IMG/VR virus record: IMGVR_UViG_3300046168_000070
Span: 64,001-128,000 of that record
Source of the DNA: a virus
Length of the DNA stretch: 64,000 nucleotides
Reading direction: 5' to 3' (one strand)
In this document: positions 32,268 through 41,483 of the stretch, one piece after another
Layout: each line of letters begins with the position of its first letter
How positions within the stretch are numbered: position 1 is the first letter of the stretch
Notes under the pieces: model-generated
Told to the model about the DNA's origin: nothing
Seen by the model: the letters and a program-made list of their open reading frames with translations, nothing else
Databases searched by the model: none
Made by a program: the position numbers and the translations under genes

Positions 32268-33116
32268 ATGAATAACGAACAAAAAACCAACAATCTCCGC
32301 ATCTGTGGCGGTGAGCACAAAGTAGTAGAAATCGACCAAGTCAAGGCAGTTCAAACTCCGCCCATCGAGTTTCGTAAGGAACTCAACAAAAATGGCGAGC
32401 GTTCTGTCTCGTACCAACCGATCTCTCATTCTCTCCTTATTGATAAAACTCGCAACCATCTTGATCAAGCGGGCTTTACTATCGAGGCAGAGTGCCATAA
32501 CCTCGCTAGGAATAACCAAAGATACTTTGGCTTGTTTCAAGTTTCTCATCCTAAAAGAGAGGCTTCAGAGCGAGGCACTATCGTAGGACTTCGGAATGCC
32601 CACGACAAGTGCTTCCCCGCAGGACTTTGTGCAGGTGACGCTCCTTTTGTCTGCGACAATCTTATTTTTACTAACGAGGTCAAACTAGCTCGTAGGCATA
32701 CTAAGAATATCCTCAATGAGCTTGACCATGTCATTGCTCGCACTCTTGGCAAGCTTTTCAACTTTTGGGTTGCTCAAGATAGTAGGATTGATGCCTACAA
32801 AGAGCATGATCTTAAAAACGCTCAAGTCAACGATCTTGTGATCCGTGCTTGCAAGGCAGGTGCTTTGCCTAAGTCAAAGATCATTGATGTTGTTGACCAA
32901 TGGGAAAAGTCCGATCATCCCGAATTTTGGGACAGGAATGTAAACTCATTGTACAACGCTTTCACAGAGGTTTACAAGGGTAACCTTACCGCATTACCTC
33001 AACGCTCCGAAGCATTGCATTCCGTGCTTGACTCCGAAGTGGGCTTTGATTCATCAAGCTTTAAGCAGGATGAGATAATCGAAGCCGAGGTAGTCGGTGC
33101 AGGTGACCCCTTCTAA
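32268..33116 (+). CDS. DUF932 family protein
   Basis: YQPISH..LI, RYFGLF, GLRNAHDK...AGD..FVCDNLIF..RRHT, SLYNAFTE. Confidence 0.8.
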   Translation: MNNEQKTNNLRICGGEHKVVEIDQVKAVQTPPIEFRKELNKNGERSVSYQPISHSLLIDKTRNHLDQAGFTIEAECHNLARNNQRYFGLFQVSHPKREASERGTIVGLRNAHDKCFPAGLCAGDAPFVCDNLIFTNEVKLARRHTKNILNELDHVIARTLGKLFNFWVAQDSRIDAYKEHDLKNAQVNDLVIRACKAGALPKSKIIDVVDQWEKSDHPEFWDRNVNSLYNAFTEVYKGNLTALPQRSEALHSVLDSEVGFDSSSFKQDEIIEAEVVGAGDPF

Positions 33117-33143
33117 GGTTGCTGGTCATATCGTGTCGTTCAG

Positions 33144-33170
33144 CCCCCTTCCAATCGGAAGGGGGTTTTT
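33144..33170 (+). terminator. intrinsic terminator (near-copy of 31941)
   Basis: CCCCCTTCC-AATC-GGAAGGGGG plus T5. Confidence 0.85.
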
Positions 33171-33175
33171 CTTTT

Positions 33176-33250
33176 GCAAGTGACTGAGTATTAGTTAATT
33201 GCGAAAATCGCCTAAGAAAAATTTTAATTATATGATATTCAACGACTTAT
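33176..33250. repeat. IHF-box-like repeat pair
   Basis: reverse copy 33176-33203; forward AATTATATGATATTCAACGACTTAT 33226-33250. Confidence 0.8.
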
Positions 33251-33316
33251 GACAAAGTGAAAAAAAATGAAAAAAAGGGGTTGACAGATGCCCCCAACTT
33301 CTCTAGTATTGTATAC

Positions 33317-34060
33317 ATGATTAAAACGACACTACTCACTTCAGGTAACCAAAAAATCGTTAAAGGCGAAAAACTTGGTTACATCACAAAAGGAATTCAC
33401 TTAGCTCCAGCCAATCTTGCGGGTTACGAAGTTTGCCAATGGCGTTCCAAAGGTTGCACAATGGCTTGTTTAAACACAGCAGGTCGTGGTCAAATGAATT
33501 CCGTTCAAGCTTCACGCATTGCCAAGACAAAGTTATTCTTTGAGCAACAATTGGACTTCCTTGCAAAGCTTTCTAAAGAGGTTGCTTCAACTATCAAAAG
33601 TTCACTCAAGAAAGAAATGCAAGCGGTGTTTCGCTTAAACCTTACAAGCGACATTTCATGGGAGTCTGTTTTCTTCAGCGAATCAGAGCCAAAGACGATC
33701 TTTGACAAGTTTCCTGAAACTCAATTCTACGACTATACAAAGTCATTCAAGAGGATGTGTGCTTTTCTTAACAAGCCATTCACTAAAGATGCACAAAAAT
33801 TTCCATCCAATTATCACTTGACTTTTTCTCGATCAGAGCATAATGACAAGAAGTGCGAAATGGTTCTTGCTATGGGCGGGAATGTTGCCGTTGTGTTTCG
33901 CAACCAACTTCCTAAGACTTGGAAGGGTTACGAAGTTGTCAATGGTGATGATACCGACTTGCGTTTCTTAGACAAGAAAGGGGTAGTCGTTGGGCTTATC
34001 GAAAAAGGTATGGCAAAGAAAGATGAGACGGGCTTCGTACAGGAAGGAGTAAACTCATGA
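33317..34060 (+). CDS. Gp88-like (radical-SAM-like, 3-Cys) phage protein
   Basis: CQWRSKGCTMACLNTAGRG, RLNLTSDI, QFYDYTK, NYHLTFS, NGDDTDLRFLD; leaderless start ATG 33317. Confidence 0.75.
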   Translation: MIKTTLLTSGNQKIVKGEKLGYITKGIHLAPANLAGYEVCQWRSKGCTMACLNTAGRGQMNSVQASRIAKTKLFFEQQLDFLAKLSKEVASTIKSSLKKEMQAVFRLNLTSDISWESVFFSESEPKTIFDKFPETQFYDYTKSFKRMCAFLNKPFTKDAQKFPSNYHLTFSRSEHNDKKCEMVLAMGGNVAVVFRNQLPKTWKGYEVVNGDDTDLRFLDKKGVVVGLIEKGMAKKDETGFVQEGVNS

Positions 34061-34223
34061 GCGATACTTATTACGACTCAGCCGAATCCGTCATGATATC
34101 ACAAGAGCGGGCATTTCAGGAGCTCAAAACCACGGTTGCCAAGAATTCGAAGAGTTCCTGGTAGACATGGGCGACAAGGAAGAATACTCGGCTCAGGCAG
34201 TGCTTGAATGGTTAGGATATTAA
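34057..34223 (+). CDS. small phage protein with 1-nt deletion in the A-run at 34126-34129
   Basis: restoring one A gives MSDTYYDSAE...AQAVLEWLGY; span 167 nt. Confidence 0.55.
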
Positions 34224-34594
34224 ACACTTTAAAACAATTAAAAATTTTATACAATCATATGTGGACTACGAAGAATATATTTTTTGCCTTTACCTTTTTA
34301 ATGAATGCGCGCAGGACCTGGACGGGTTCCTGGAAGCTTTCGACGTTATCGACTTGGCCTTTCCAGACACATGTAGAGTTTTAGCGGACCAAGGATTCTT
34401 TCATAAAGACTTGTGTATTAATTAATTACAACAAAACCCTATCCATTAATGTAAGTCATTGACCCAGGGGTATTTATGAAATCGAAACTATATAGACAAA
34501 AATTAAAATCGAATTTGCCAAAAAAAAAGGTTGACTTTACTTAAAAAAATGTCATACTTATAGGTATAGATTAACTTAACAAAGGAATATTATT

Positions 34595-35711
34595 ATGGGA
34601 TTAGATCAATCAGCATATGCAACTAAAGGCGAGCAACACGAAGATATAGCTACATGGAGAAAGCATAACAGACTTCAAGGTTGGATGGAAGATTTATGGG
34701 AGGATAAAGGTAGACCAAACTTTGATTCATCAGAAGCTAACCCTATGGGCGACTTTAACTGCATACCTTTAGAGCTAACACTAGAAGACATTGATTCACT
34801 AGAGTATGCAATCAACAACTTTGAGCTACCTGAAACAGGCGGATTCTTTTTTGGGAATGATTCTTATTTTTGGACAGATGAAGAGGGGAATCCTTATCCC
34901 GACAATCATTACTACTACAAAGATAATGATCTTTATTTTATCAGAAAGGCTCGCGACCTACTCGATAAAGGTTGGAAAGTATTCTTCGACTCTTGGTGGT
35001 AAAAAACCCTTGACATAACTACTTTAATTTTATAGAATTTATATTATGACTAAAACACTAAAAACATTCGATGACCTAAAATTCGGTCCTCATCCTCACG
35101 CAAAAGACTTGGGAGTTGTAGCAAGCCTGACTCTTGACAATGGCTACGCTTTTAGCGTTGTCGCCAATGCTGAGGGCGGTAATCTGTTTTACGGCAATCA
35201 TCCAGATAACTATGAGGTTGCAGTATTTAATCCTCGCGGAGACTTTGTCCCCCTCTCTGTTTCGGACGATGTCCTCGGTTGGCAACCTCCACTTCAAGTC
35301 TCTAAATTGATGCAACAATTTCAACTTGACGGACTCGCTGAAGAAAAATTACTTATTAATTTGAGGGCAGACTTTAACGAAAAAGTACTAGCGGAGCAGG
35401 AAGAAAGATTTAACGCTTGACTTTTAATCAATCTTATACTATACTTATATCATAACAATCAGATAAACTAAACTATGACAAAAAAACAAAAACAAGCACT
35501 AAGTAAGGTTAAAACCTATACTCCTCACAATGTCAACAATCGTGATGAAAAGATTTGGTTCACATATGTCAACAAGAACAGAGTACCCGTCTCTGCTTAC
35601 TACGACACTGCTAACGGATCATTCGTGTCAGTTGTCAAGGGTTCTCAATACAATGGTGTTGCATTCCGTAAGGGCGTCGCCAAGAGAGTAATCTCAAAAA
35701 TTCTTGGATGA
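34595..35711 (+). CDS. three early phage proteins (34595-35002, 35046-35420, 35475-35711)
   Basis: MGLDQ..WRKHNRLQGWM..PETGGFFFG family; DNGY..SVV..YG..YEVAV..DDVLGW family; each has its own TTGAC promoter. Confidence 0.7.
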
Positions 35712-35806
35712 TGGAACTATTATTTTTCACTCCGTGGATATTTGTATTCTATATAATGTTCTCGGATTTGTTAAGTGAGGATTCATAGTCTTAGGTCAAC
35801 TACAAG

Positions 35807-35837
35807 CCCGCTAGCCTAAAAACTAGCGGGTTTTTTT
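35807..35837 (+). terminator. intrinsic terminator where the + and - early arrays converge
   Basis: CCCGCTAG/CTAGCGGG stem plus T7. Confidence 0.8.
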
Positions 35838-35963
35838 GTAAATAGGAGCAAATTTTTTTCCAAATAGCCCAAATCGTTCGGATACAGCTATTGCCCGCCG
35901 AGAAAGAGAAATTAACCAATCAAACTAAAAAGTTATAAAATTCTTTTTTTGCCTATCCAGTTT

Positions 35964-35991
35964 CGCAATTATATGATAATCAACGATTTAC
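35964..35991 (+). repeat. IHF-box-like repeat
   Basis: CGCAATTATATGATAATCAACGATTTAC, perfect WATCAANNNNTTR; its TTA is the stop codon of the minus ORF 35988-36152. Confidence 0.85.
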
Positions 35992-38982
35992 GACTTGGTT
36001 TTAGTCGCGATAATCGGGGATTTAGTTTGCTCGCTGAGTTTGCGGGCTATACGCATGGCGTTAGCGTGGCTTGTGGCGTTGTCTACTAGCTTGCCAAAAA
36101 GTCTGATGTCAAACCAATTAGTAAAGTTTGGGTTTTTGTCTACATTTATCATAGTATTATGCAAAGAAAGGGTGAAGCTTCACATCCTCGAAACGGATGC
36201 CGACCTTGCGGTCAGTGCGGTATGGACGAACCATGGCGATAGTTCCAAGCTCTTCATGCTCGGTGGCTTGGATGAATTGAAAGACTTTATTATCTCGAGA
36301 GATGAGCACATCGCCTTTTTTGAATTTGTTTTTATTTGACATATTATTTTAGTGTTGAGTTACTACATTGAAACGAGGAGAGTTGAGATCCTCTTCTCTT
36401 TCGATTGTTCTAAGGTGTGAAAGACTTGACGCAGTCCGAACCCGTGGGTAATCGGTTCCTGTGTCGAAGATCTTAACAGACCAATGCGTTGACCATTTTT
36501 TAATTCTAACTTGTATTTTATCGTTTAACATATTATTACTATCGCACATTTGAGTTGAAATTGCAAGAAAAAAATGAATTATTTTTGTATTTCTTTTATC
36601 ATAGACCGAAGCTCTGCGACTTTTTCGAGAAGACCTTCAGTAGTCATTTCTTCCGTCAAGGTTCTTGGTGAATCTTTTTTTTCGGTGTTCATGTAGTGAA
36701 GAAATTCAATTGATCCTTGAATCTTTGCAAGGTGAATTCCAAGATCAAGCTGCTTTACTATTTTTTCTTTCATATCTTTTGTATTAATCATATACCTATA
36801 AGGTAGCATGCAAACAAAGAAATTGCAAGCAAAAAGTGAATTATTTTTCCCAAATTTGTTGAATGTAGTATTGAGCATTATCTCCATCTTTGCGTTGAAT
36901 GCTTGTTTGAAATTGCAACTTAGGCTGAAGTGTGCGAATCATGCGAGCAACTTTGCGTCTTACTTCGTGCTTGTCTTCAGCTTTTATAGTGATTGTATGA
37001 TGTGTTTTGTCAATGTCGATATATGACTTAGTATTACTATTCCATAAGGAAATTGCTTCACCATCAAGGGAAGAGACATGAACACTTGCTACGAATGTTT
37101 TATTCTTTATCATATATATAATCTAACACATTAAGCCGAAAACGCAAGCAAAAAGTGAAAAAAGATTCAATTATTTTATTATACAATTCTACTTTTGCCT
37201 AGCCAGATTTGCAATTATCTGACTTTCAACGACTTAGAACACAAGAGGATCGGGCAATGAATTAGGAGTTGCGAACCAATCGTTTTCGTCAATTACTTCG
37301 CCGTTTAGTACAGGCTCGAATTTGAACTGCGAAACATTAGCATTGGCTATGCCGTTGACGCGTTCGCGTGTGGTCGGAGTATTCCAGCCCGCAAGTGACC
37401 AACGCACAAGCCCGTCGGCGTCACGCTTTACAATTGCGTTACCATGCAACCAAACGGTTTGCCCGTCTGTCTCGGTGTTTCCGACTTTTAAGGATGTGCC
37501 AGCATTGAAGGCGTTTCTGATTTGTTCTGTAACTTTTCTCATATCTTTATTATTAAGGATTTTGTGTGATTATGCAAGCGGAAAAAAGGAAAAAAAGAGT
37601 TTTTGTGCAAGTAGATTTTGCGCCCGCTCTTCAGCTTCTTTTTCTTGTTGCTCTAGTTCTTCAATCTCTAGTTCTGCCTGAAGCACTGCTATTTGAGATT
37701 GAATATGCCCAGCGTCTGCATCAAACGCATGATCTTTTATGAATTGCTCTAATTTACTGATTTCTTTTTTTATGTTCATGATATAACTATATAAAATTTT
37801 TTATTTAATTGCAAGCTAAAAGTGAAATTATTTTACTCCCATTCAGAATGAAAGCCCCAGTCAATGTCGGGCTGCTCGTCGAACTCTCGCAAGGCAAGCT
37901 CGTCTTGTAGTTGCCCAAGTTCGTTGCGTATTGCAACGCGTTGAGAGTCGCTAAGTATGCACTCAGCGAGGGCGGTTTGTAGTGTGAGTATTTCCCTTTG
38001 TATTTCTTTTGTAGTCATACCTATAACCTAACAAGTAAACCTTGAAAAGTCAAGAAAAACTTTCAACTATTTTATTGTACAATTCTATCGCGCCCCACCC
38101 AGTCTCGCAATTATCTGACTAACAGTGACTTAGGTAATCGTCTATGTCGTCAAAGTTTGCATATGAAAAAGGTGTGCTTCGCTGCCTTGTGCCACTATCG
38201 TAGGCGGATTGTGCATCTTCTAGTATTCCGAGCTTCTTGAGATAGGATATTGCACCTTTGTCGTAGAATGGTACACCATGATACCCTAGTGTCCAGGCGT
38301 AGTCAATTGCCTTTTCAGGGTCATCATCTAAGTAGGCATTCTTAGCGATCTTGCCTGATTCTCTCATTTTAGATTCTAATCTTGTATAACTCATTACTTA
38401 GCCTTTCTTGCTTTGTAGATTACCGCTTGGTATGCCTTGCGAGCTTCTTGCACTGCATGGAGAGCGTCGAGGATTGCCATGCCTTGAGTGATGGTCAAGG
38501 TTTGGTCGCCTTCGGTGTTGGTTGACTCGGCAAGGAAGTTGAGGTTGCCTTCAGCTTTAGACAGGGCAAGCCCTAGGTCAAGCTCCGTTCTTACTTCTTT
38601 CCTTATTTCTTCTTTAGTTTGTGTCATTGTCATATGTGTATATACTAGGTTAGTTGATGTTAAAAGTCAAGCGTTTCTTTCGACTGATTTCCATCCGAAA
38701 GCTTTTACTTTGTCTTGATGGCGGGCTTGTGGCAACATTGCCTCGAGTTCAGCAATGCGGGCGAACTTCCAATCTATCTCGCTTTGATCCATTTTACCTT
38801 TCCACATTTGCATTTGTAGTTTGTCTAATCTTATTTCTCTTTGTATTTGTTCTTCTGTCATATCTATAACCTATCAATCCTTTCTTGTTTTGTCAAACTT
38901 TATTTTACTTTTTTTTAGCTATTACAAATGCTAGTAAAATCTTTTCTCTTTCAGTTAGTTGTGTTGTATCAATCTTTATCAT
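35988..38982 (-). CDS. minus-strand early array of about 12 small ORFs (35988-36152, 36157-36342, 36349-36531, 36579-36791, 36841-37113, 37234-37542, 37570-37779, 37833-38018, 38119-38394, 38394-38633, 38667-38861, 38905-38982)
   Basis: most have TTGCAA/TTGACT/TTGACA-17-TAnnnT 6-8 nt before ATG. Confidence 0.7.
37171..37237 (+). repeat. extended 67-bp repeat, copy 1 (TTTTATT.ACAATTCTA block plus IHF-like box)
   Basis: homologous to 38067-38133 and 39031-39097. Confidence 0.8.
38067..38133 (+). repeat. extended 67-bp repeat, copy 2
   Basis: CTATTTTATTGTACAATTCTA...CGCAATTATCTGACTAACAGTGACTTAG. Confidence 0.8.
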
Positions 38983-39030
38983 ATAAACAACATAGCAACA
39001 AAATGACTAAAAGTCAAGAAAAACTTTAAA

Positions 39031-39097
39031 CTATTTTATTGCACAATTCTACTTTTGCTAGGGCAATTGCACAATTATATGACTATAAGCAACTTAC
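39031..39097 (+). repeat. extended 67-bp repeat, copy 3
   Basis: CTATTTTATTGCACAATTCTA...CAATTATATGACTATAAGCAACTTAC. Confidence 0.8.
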
Positions 39098-39171
39098 AAC
39101 AACATGAAAAAAACTTTAATTTTTTTTTAAAAACACTTGACTTTTACAGAAAATTTTCTTATATTTAGAGC

Positions 39172-39899
39172 ATGATTAAGATTGAGAAAAACGAAAACAT
39201 TTCACGCTTTTGGAACATCTTCGCCTTCGGCAAGTTCGTCAAGGAGATCGAAGGACGAACCAAAGCATTCAACTATGCCAAGACTCTTGCACAAGAGAAT
39301 GACCAAAAGTTTTTGGTTGATCACAAAAAAAGAATCATTGAGGCTTGACATTACAACCCAACTATACTAGATTATATAACTATGGATAACATCGAAAGAA
39401 TTCGTTTAGCAGTAGAAAACGCCAAGCAAGGTTACCGCCTCGCTCCTAGATTTGCATCATTGCAAGAAGAACTACAAGAAGAGATTCAAGCGGAAGAGCT
39501 TGTAGTCAATCATGGTTTGCTTCAAGCAAGTGATAATGACATCAAGGAAGAACACGCTTCTCTTGAGTCAGTCGAGCATGACAAGGATGATGTCGATTAT
39601 GACATGGATGAGAACGAGGTTGACATGGCTTCTCTCAGTCCTGCAATGCGTGAGATCTTCGGAGAATGAAGCAGTTACCTAAACGCAACAAAGCCGAAAC
39701 ATCATTCCGTTGGGTTATGTTCGGGCAAGCAGGGCAAGTCCTGTTTGCCTTGATCGACCCTAAGAATTGGATGCTTAAACCAAACTCGTACTTCGTTAGC
39801 GAGTCATTCATTCAAGCTAACTTGACAAGACTCAAGAACATATCGAGACAAGTCGAAGGCAAGACAAAGGTTCTCTTGTTGGAGGAGGGTGTGGCATAG
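39172..39899 (+). CDS. three early ORFs (39172-39348, 39382-39669, 39666-39899)
   Basis: promoters at 39137 and 39345; 39172 is a paralog of 35988-36152. Confidence 0.65.
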
Positions 39900-39901
39900 C
39901 A

Positions 39902-39992
39902 CCCCTCCCCCCTCCCCGCCTTGCTCGCATACTAACCCACCCCATTTTCCAAAAAAAACCACTAGCCACTTTCTGACAAAGTGGTGGGGGGT
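39902..39992. other. C-tract/hairpin/G-tract junction between early and late regions
   Basis: CCCCTCCCCCCTCCCCGCC, CCACTTT-CTGAC-AAAGTGG hairpin, TGGGGGG. Confidence 0.5.
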
Positions 39993-40069
39993 ACTATTTT
40001 TCAATATTTGCATTGTTTAAAATATTTTAAATTATTTGCTTGAATAAAAAAATAACCGACCCCTATTTG

Positions 40070-40075
40070 GTGTAA
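40070..40075 (+). promoter_or_regulatory. GTGTAA late promoter motif
   Basis: 8 nt before ATG 40084. Confidence 0.75.
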
Positions 40076-40083
40076 AGCAAAGT

Positions 40084-40278
40084 ATGAAAAAAGTTGAGTT
40101 TTATAATGTAAAAAAGAAGACTAAAGTTCAGATAGCCGCCGAACTAGTCAAAAAGAAAACTTATCAAATGGTTACTAAGGGAGGGAAGACATCTAAGCGT
40201 TATGCGCTTAAAGCCGTGGATGAAGATGGAACTAAATTAACAAAATTTTGCAGCAAAGCAGATTACGACAAACTTTAA
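40084..40278 (+). CDS. small basic DNA-binding-like protein (CC1/Cren7-like by recollection)
   Basis: 64 aa, Lys-rich; VEFYNVKKK...TKGG...YALKAVDEDGTKLTKF. Confidence 0.5.
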   Translation: MKKVEFYNVKKKTKVQIAAELVKKKTYQMVTKGGKTSKRYALKAVDEDGTKLTKFCSKADYDKL

Positions 40279-40865
40279 TGTCTTTTTACGAACTTAGTGA
40301 TTTCCCTCAATTAACTGAGTTAGTCGAAAATTGGAAAACTATTAAAGAGGAATCTTCGCACCTCGACAATTATAACTTAAATATAAATAGAGTTAATAAA
40401 GATCATGAAGTTGTAGCTGAAGAAATATTAAAAAAAATTAAATTAAATAAAAAAAATGGATGGGTTGATGGGTGGAATAACAAAGGCGAGGTAAATAAAA
40501 GCTGGATTCAATATGGATTAATTATTCATGATAAAGAAGTACCGCACAGTAATATGCCAAAAACTATAAAGTTATTAAAAAAAATAAAAGGAATAAAAGT
40601 TGCGGCACTAAACATACTAAAAGGTGAATCAATATTAGGAACTCACACTCATCCAGAAATGGTTACAGAAAAATTGGCGCAAATGCACATCTCTCTTGAC
40701 GCGCCAGAGCCGATGCAATCATATCTTTGCGTTAATGGAGATTTTTTTGAACATAAAACTGGCAATTATGTAATATTTAACGGAGCCTATCCTCATTTTG
40801 CTATAAACGCAGGAAAAAAAGATAGAATAATTTTATATTTAGAGTTTAAAAAAAATAAATTATAA
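40278..40865 (+). CDS. aspartyl/asparaginyl beta-hydroxylase family 2OG-Fe(II) oxygenase
   Basis: AALNILKGESILGTHTH, HISLDAP, VIFNGAYPHFAINAGKKDRIILYLEF; ATG overlaps the upstream TAA. Confidence 0.8.
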   Translation: MSFYELSDFPQLTELVENWKTIKEESSHLDNYNLNINRVNKDHEVVAEEILKKIKLNKKNGWVDGWNNKGEVNKSWIQYGLIIHDKEVPHSNMPKTIKLLKKIKGIKVAALNILKGESILGTHTHPEMVTEKLAQMHISLDAPEPMQSYLCVNGDFFEHKTGNYVIFNGAYPHFAINAGKKDRIILYLEFKKNKL

Positions 40866-40867
40866 TA

Positions 40868-41464
40868 TTATACAGAACCTGTGGGGAATGCTGCAGAAGA
40901 AACTCCAGCAACATCTGCACAACTTGTGACTTTAACAGTAAAGTCGTGAACATTTAATCCTGAGTCAGGTAAGTCAACATTTACTTGGAATACAAAATCA
41001 CCAGAACCAGTATTCAAGTCTAAAGCATGAGTTAAGTGAATTGATTTGTTTTTATAATAGTCTTCGGGTTCGCCGCTATGATAGATATGAAAATTTTGCA
41101 CTTTTTCCCAAGTTGGACTCACTCCAGCTCCTGTAAATGCTATATTTGCATCCCCAGAGAATACTCCGCTTCCAGTTGCCGACTGGTTTAAGTTGATATC
41201 CCAATCTAAAATATAATCACCAGAATACAAAGTTAAAGCGTCAACTGTATTCAGATCTCCTGTAGTCCCTTCGCCAGATCCACCTATGACAGAATCATCA
41301 TCGAAAATAGCCTGTCTAACTCCTAATAATTGACCTCCAAGATATTTTGGCTCAATTGACTTTGTTGCCATTGTGGTTCCGTCTCCAACAATTACAGGAA
41401 CTCTGGAGTAAGAATTAATGTCTGATCCTGACGCTGTTAAAAGTTCTGATATTTTAGTACCCAT
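40868..41464 (-). CDS. putative virion protein (TKISEL N-terminus)
   Basis: GTGTAA (41478-41473) 8 nt before ATG. Confidence 0.55.
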   Translation of the reverse strand: MGTKISELLTASGSDINSYSRVPVIVGDGTTMATKSIEPKYLGGQLLGVRQAIFDDDSVIGGSGEGTTGDLNTVDALTLYSGDYILDWDINLNQSATGSGVFSGDANIAFTGAGVSPTWEKVQNFHIYHSGEPEDYYKNKSIHLTHALDLNTGSGDFVFQVNVDLPDSGLNVHDFTVKVTSCADVAGVSSAAFPTGSV

Positions 41465-41483
41465 AATATGGTTTACACTACTT

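Noticed and set aside
35964-35991. XerCD dif site
   Set aside because: Lacks the 11-6-11 dif layout and TTATGTTAAAT arm; fits the IHF consensus better
29519-39097. CRISPR or mini-CRISPR array
   Set aside because: Repeats are degenerate, irregularly spaced by 25-2700 bp, in both orientations and separated by genes; no cas genes
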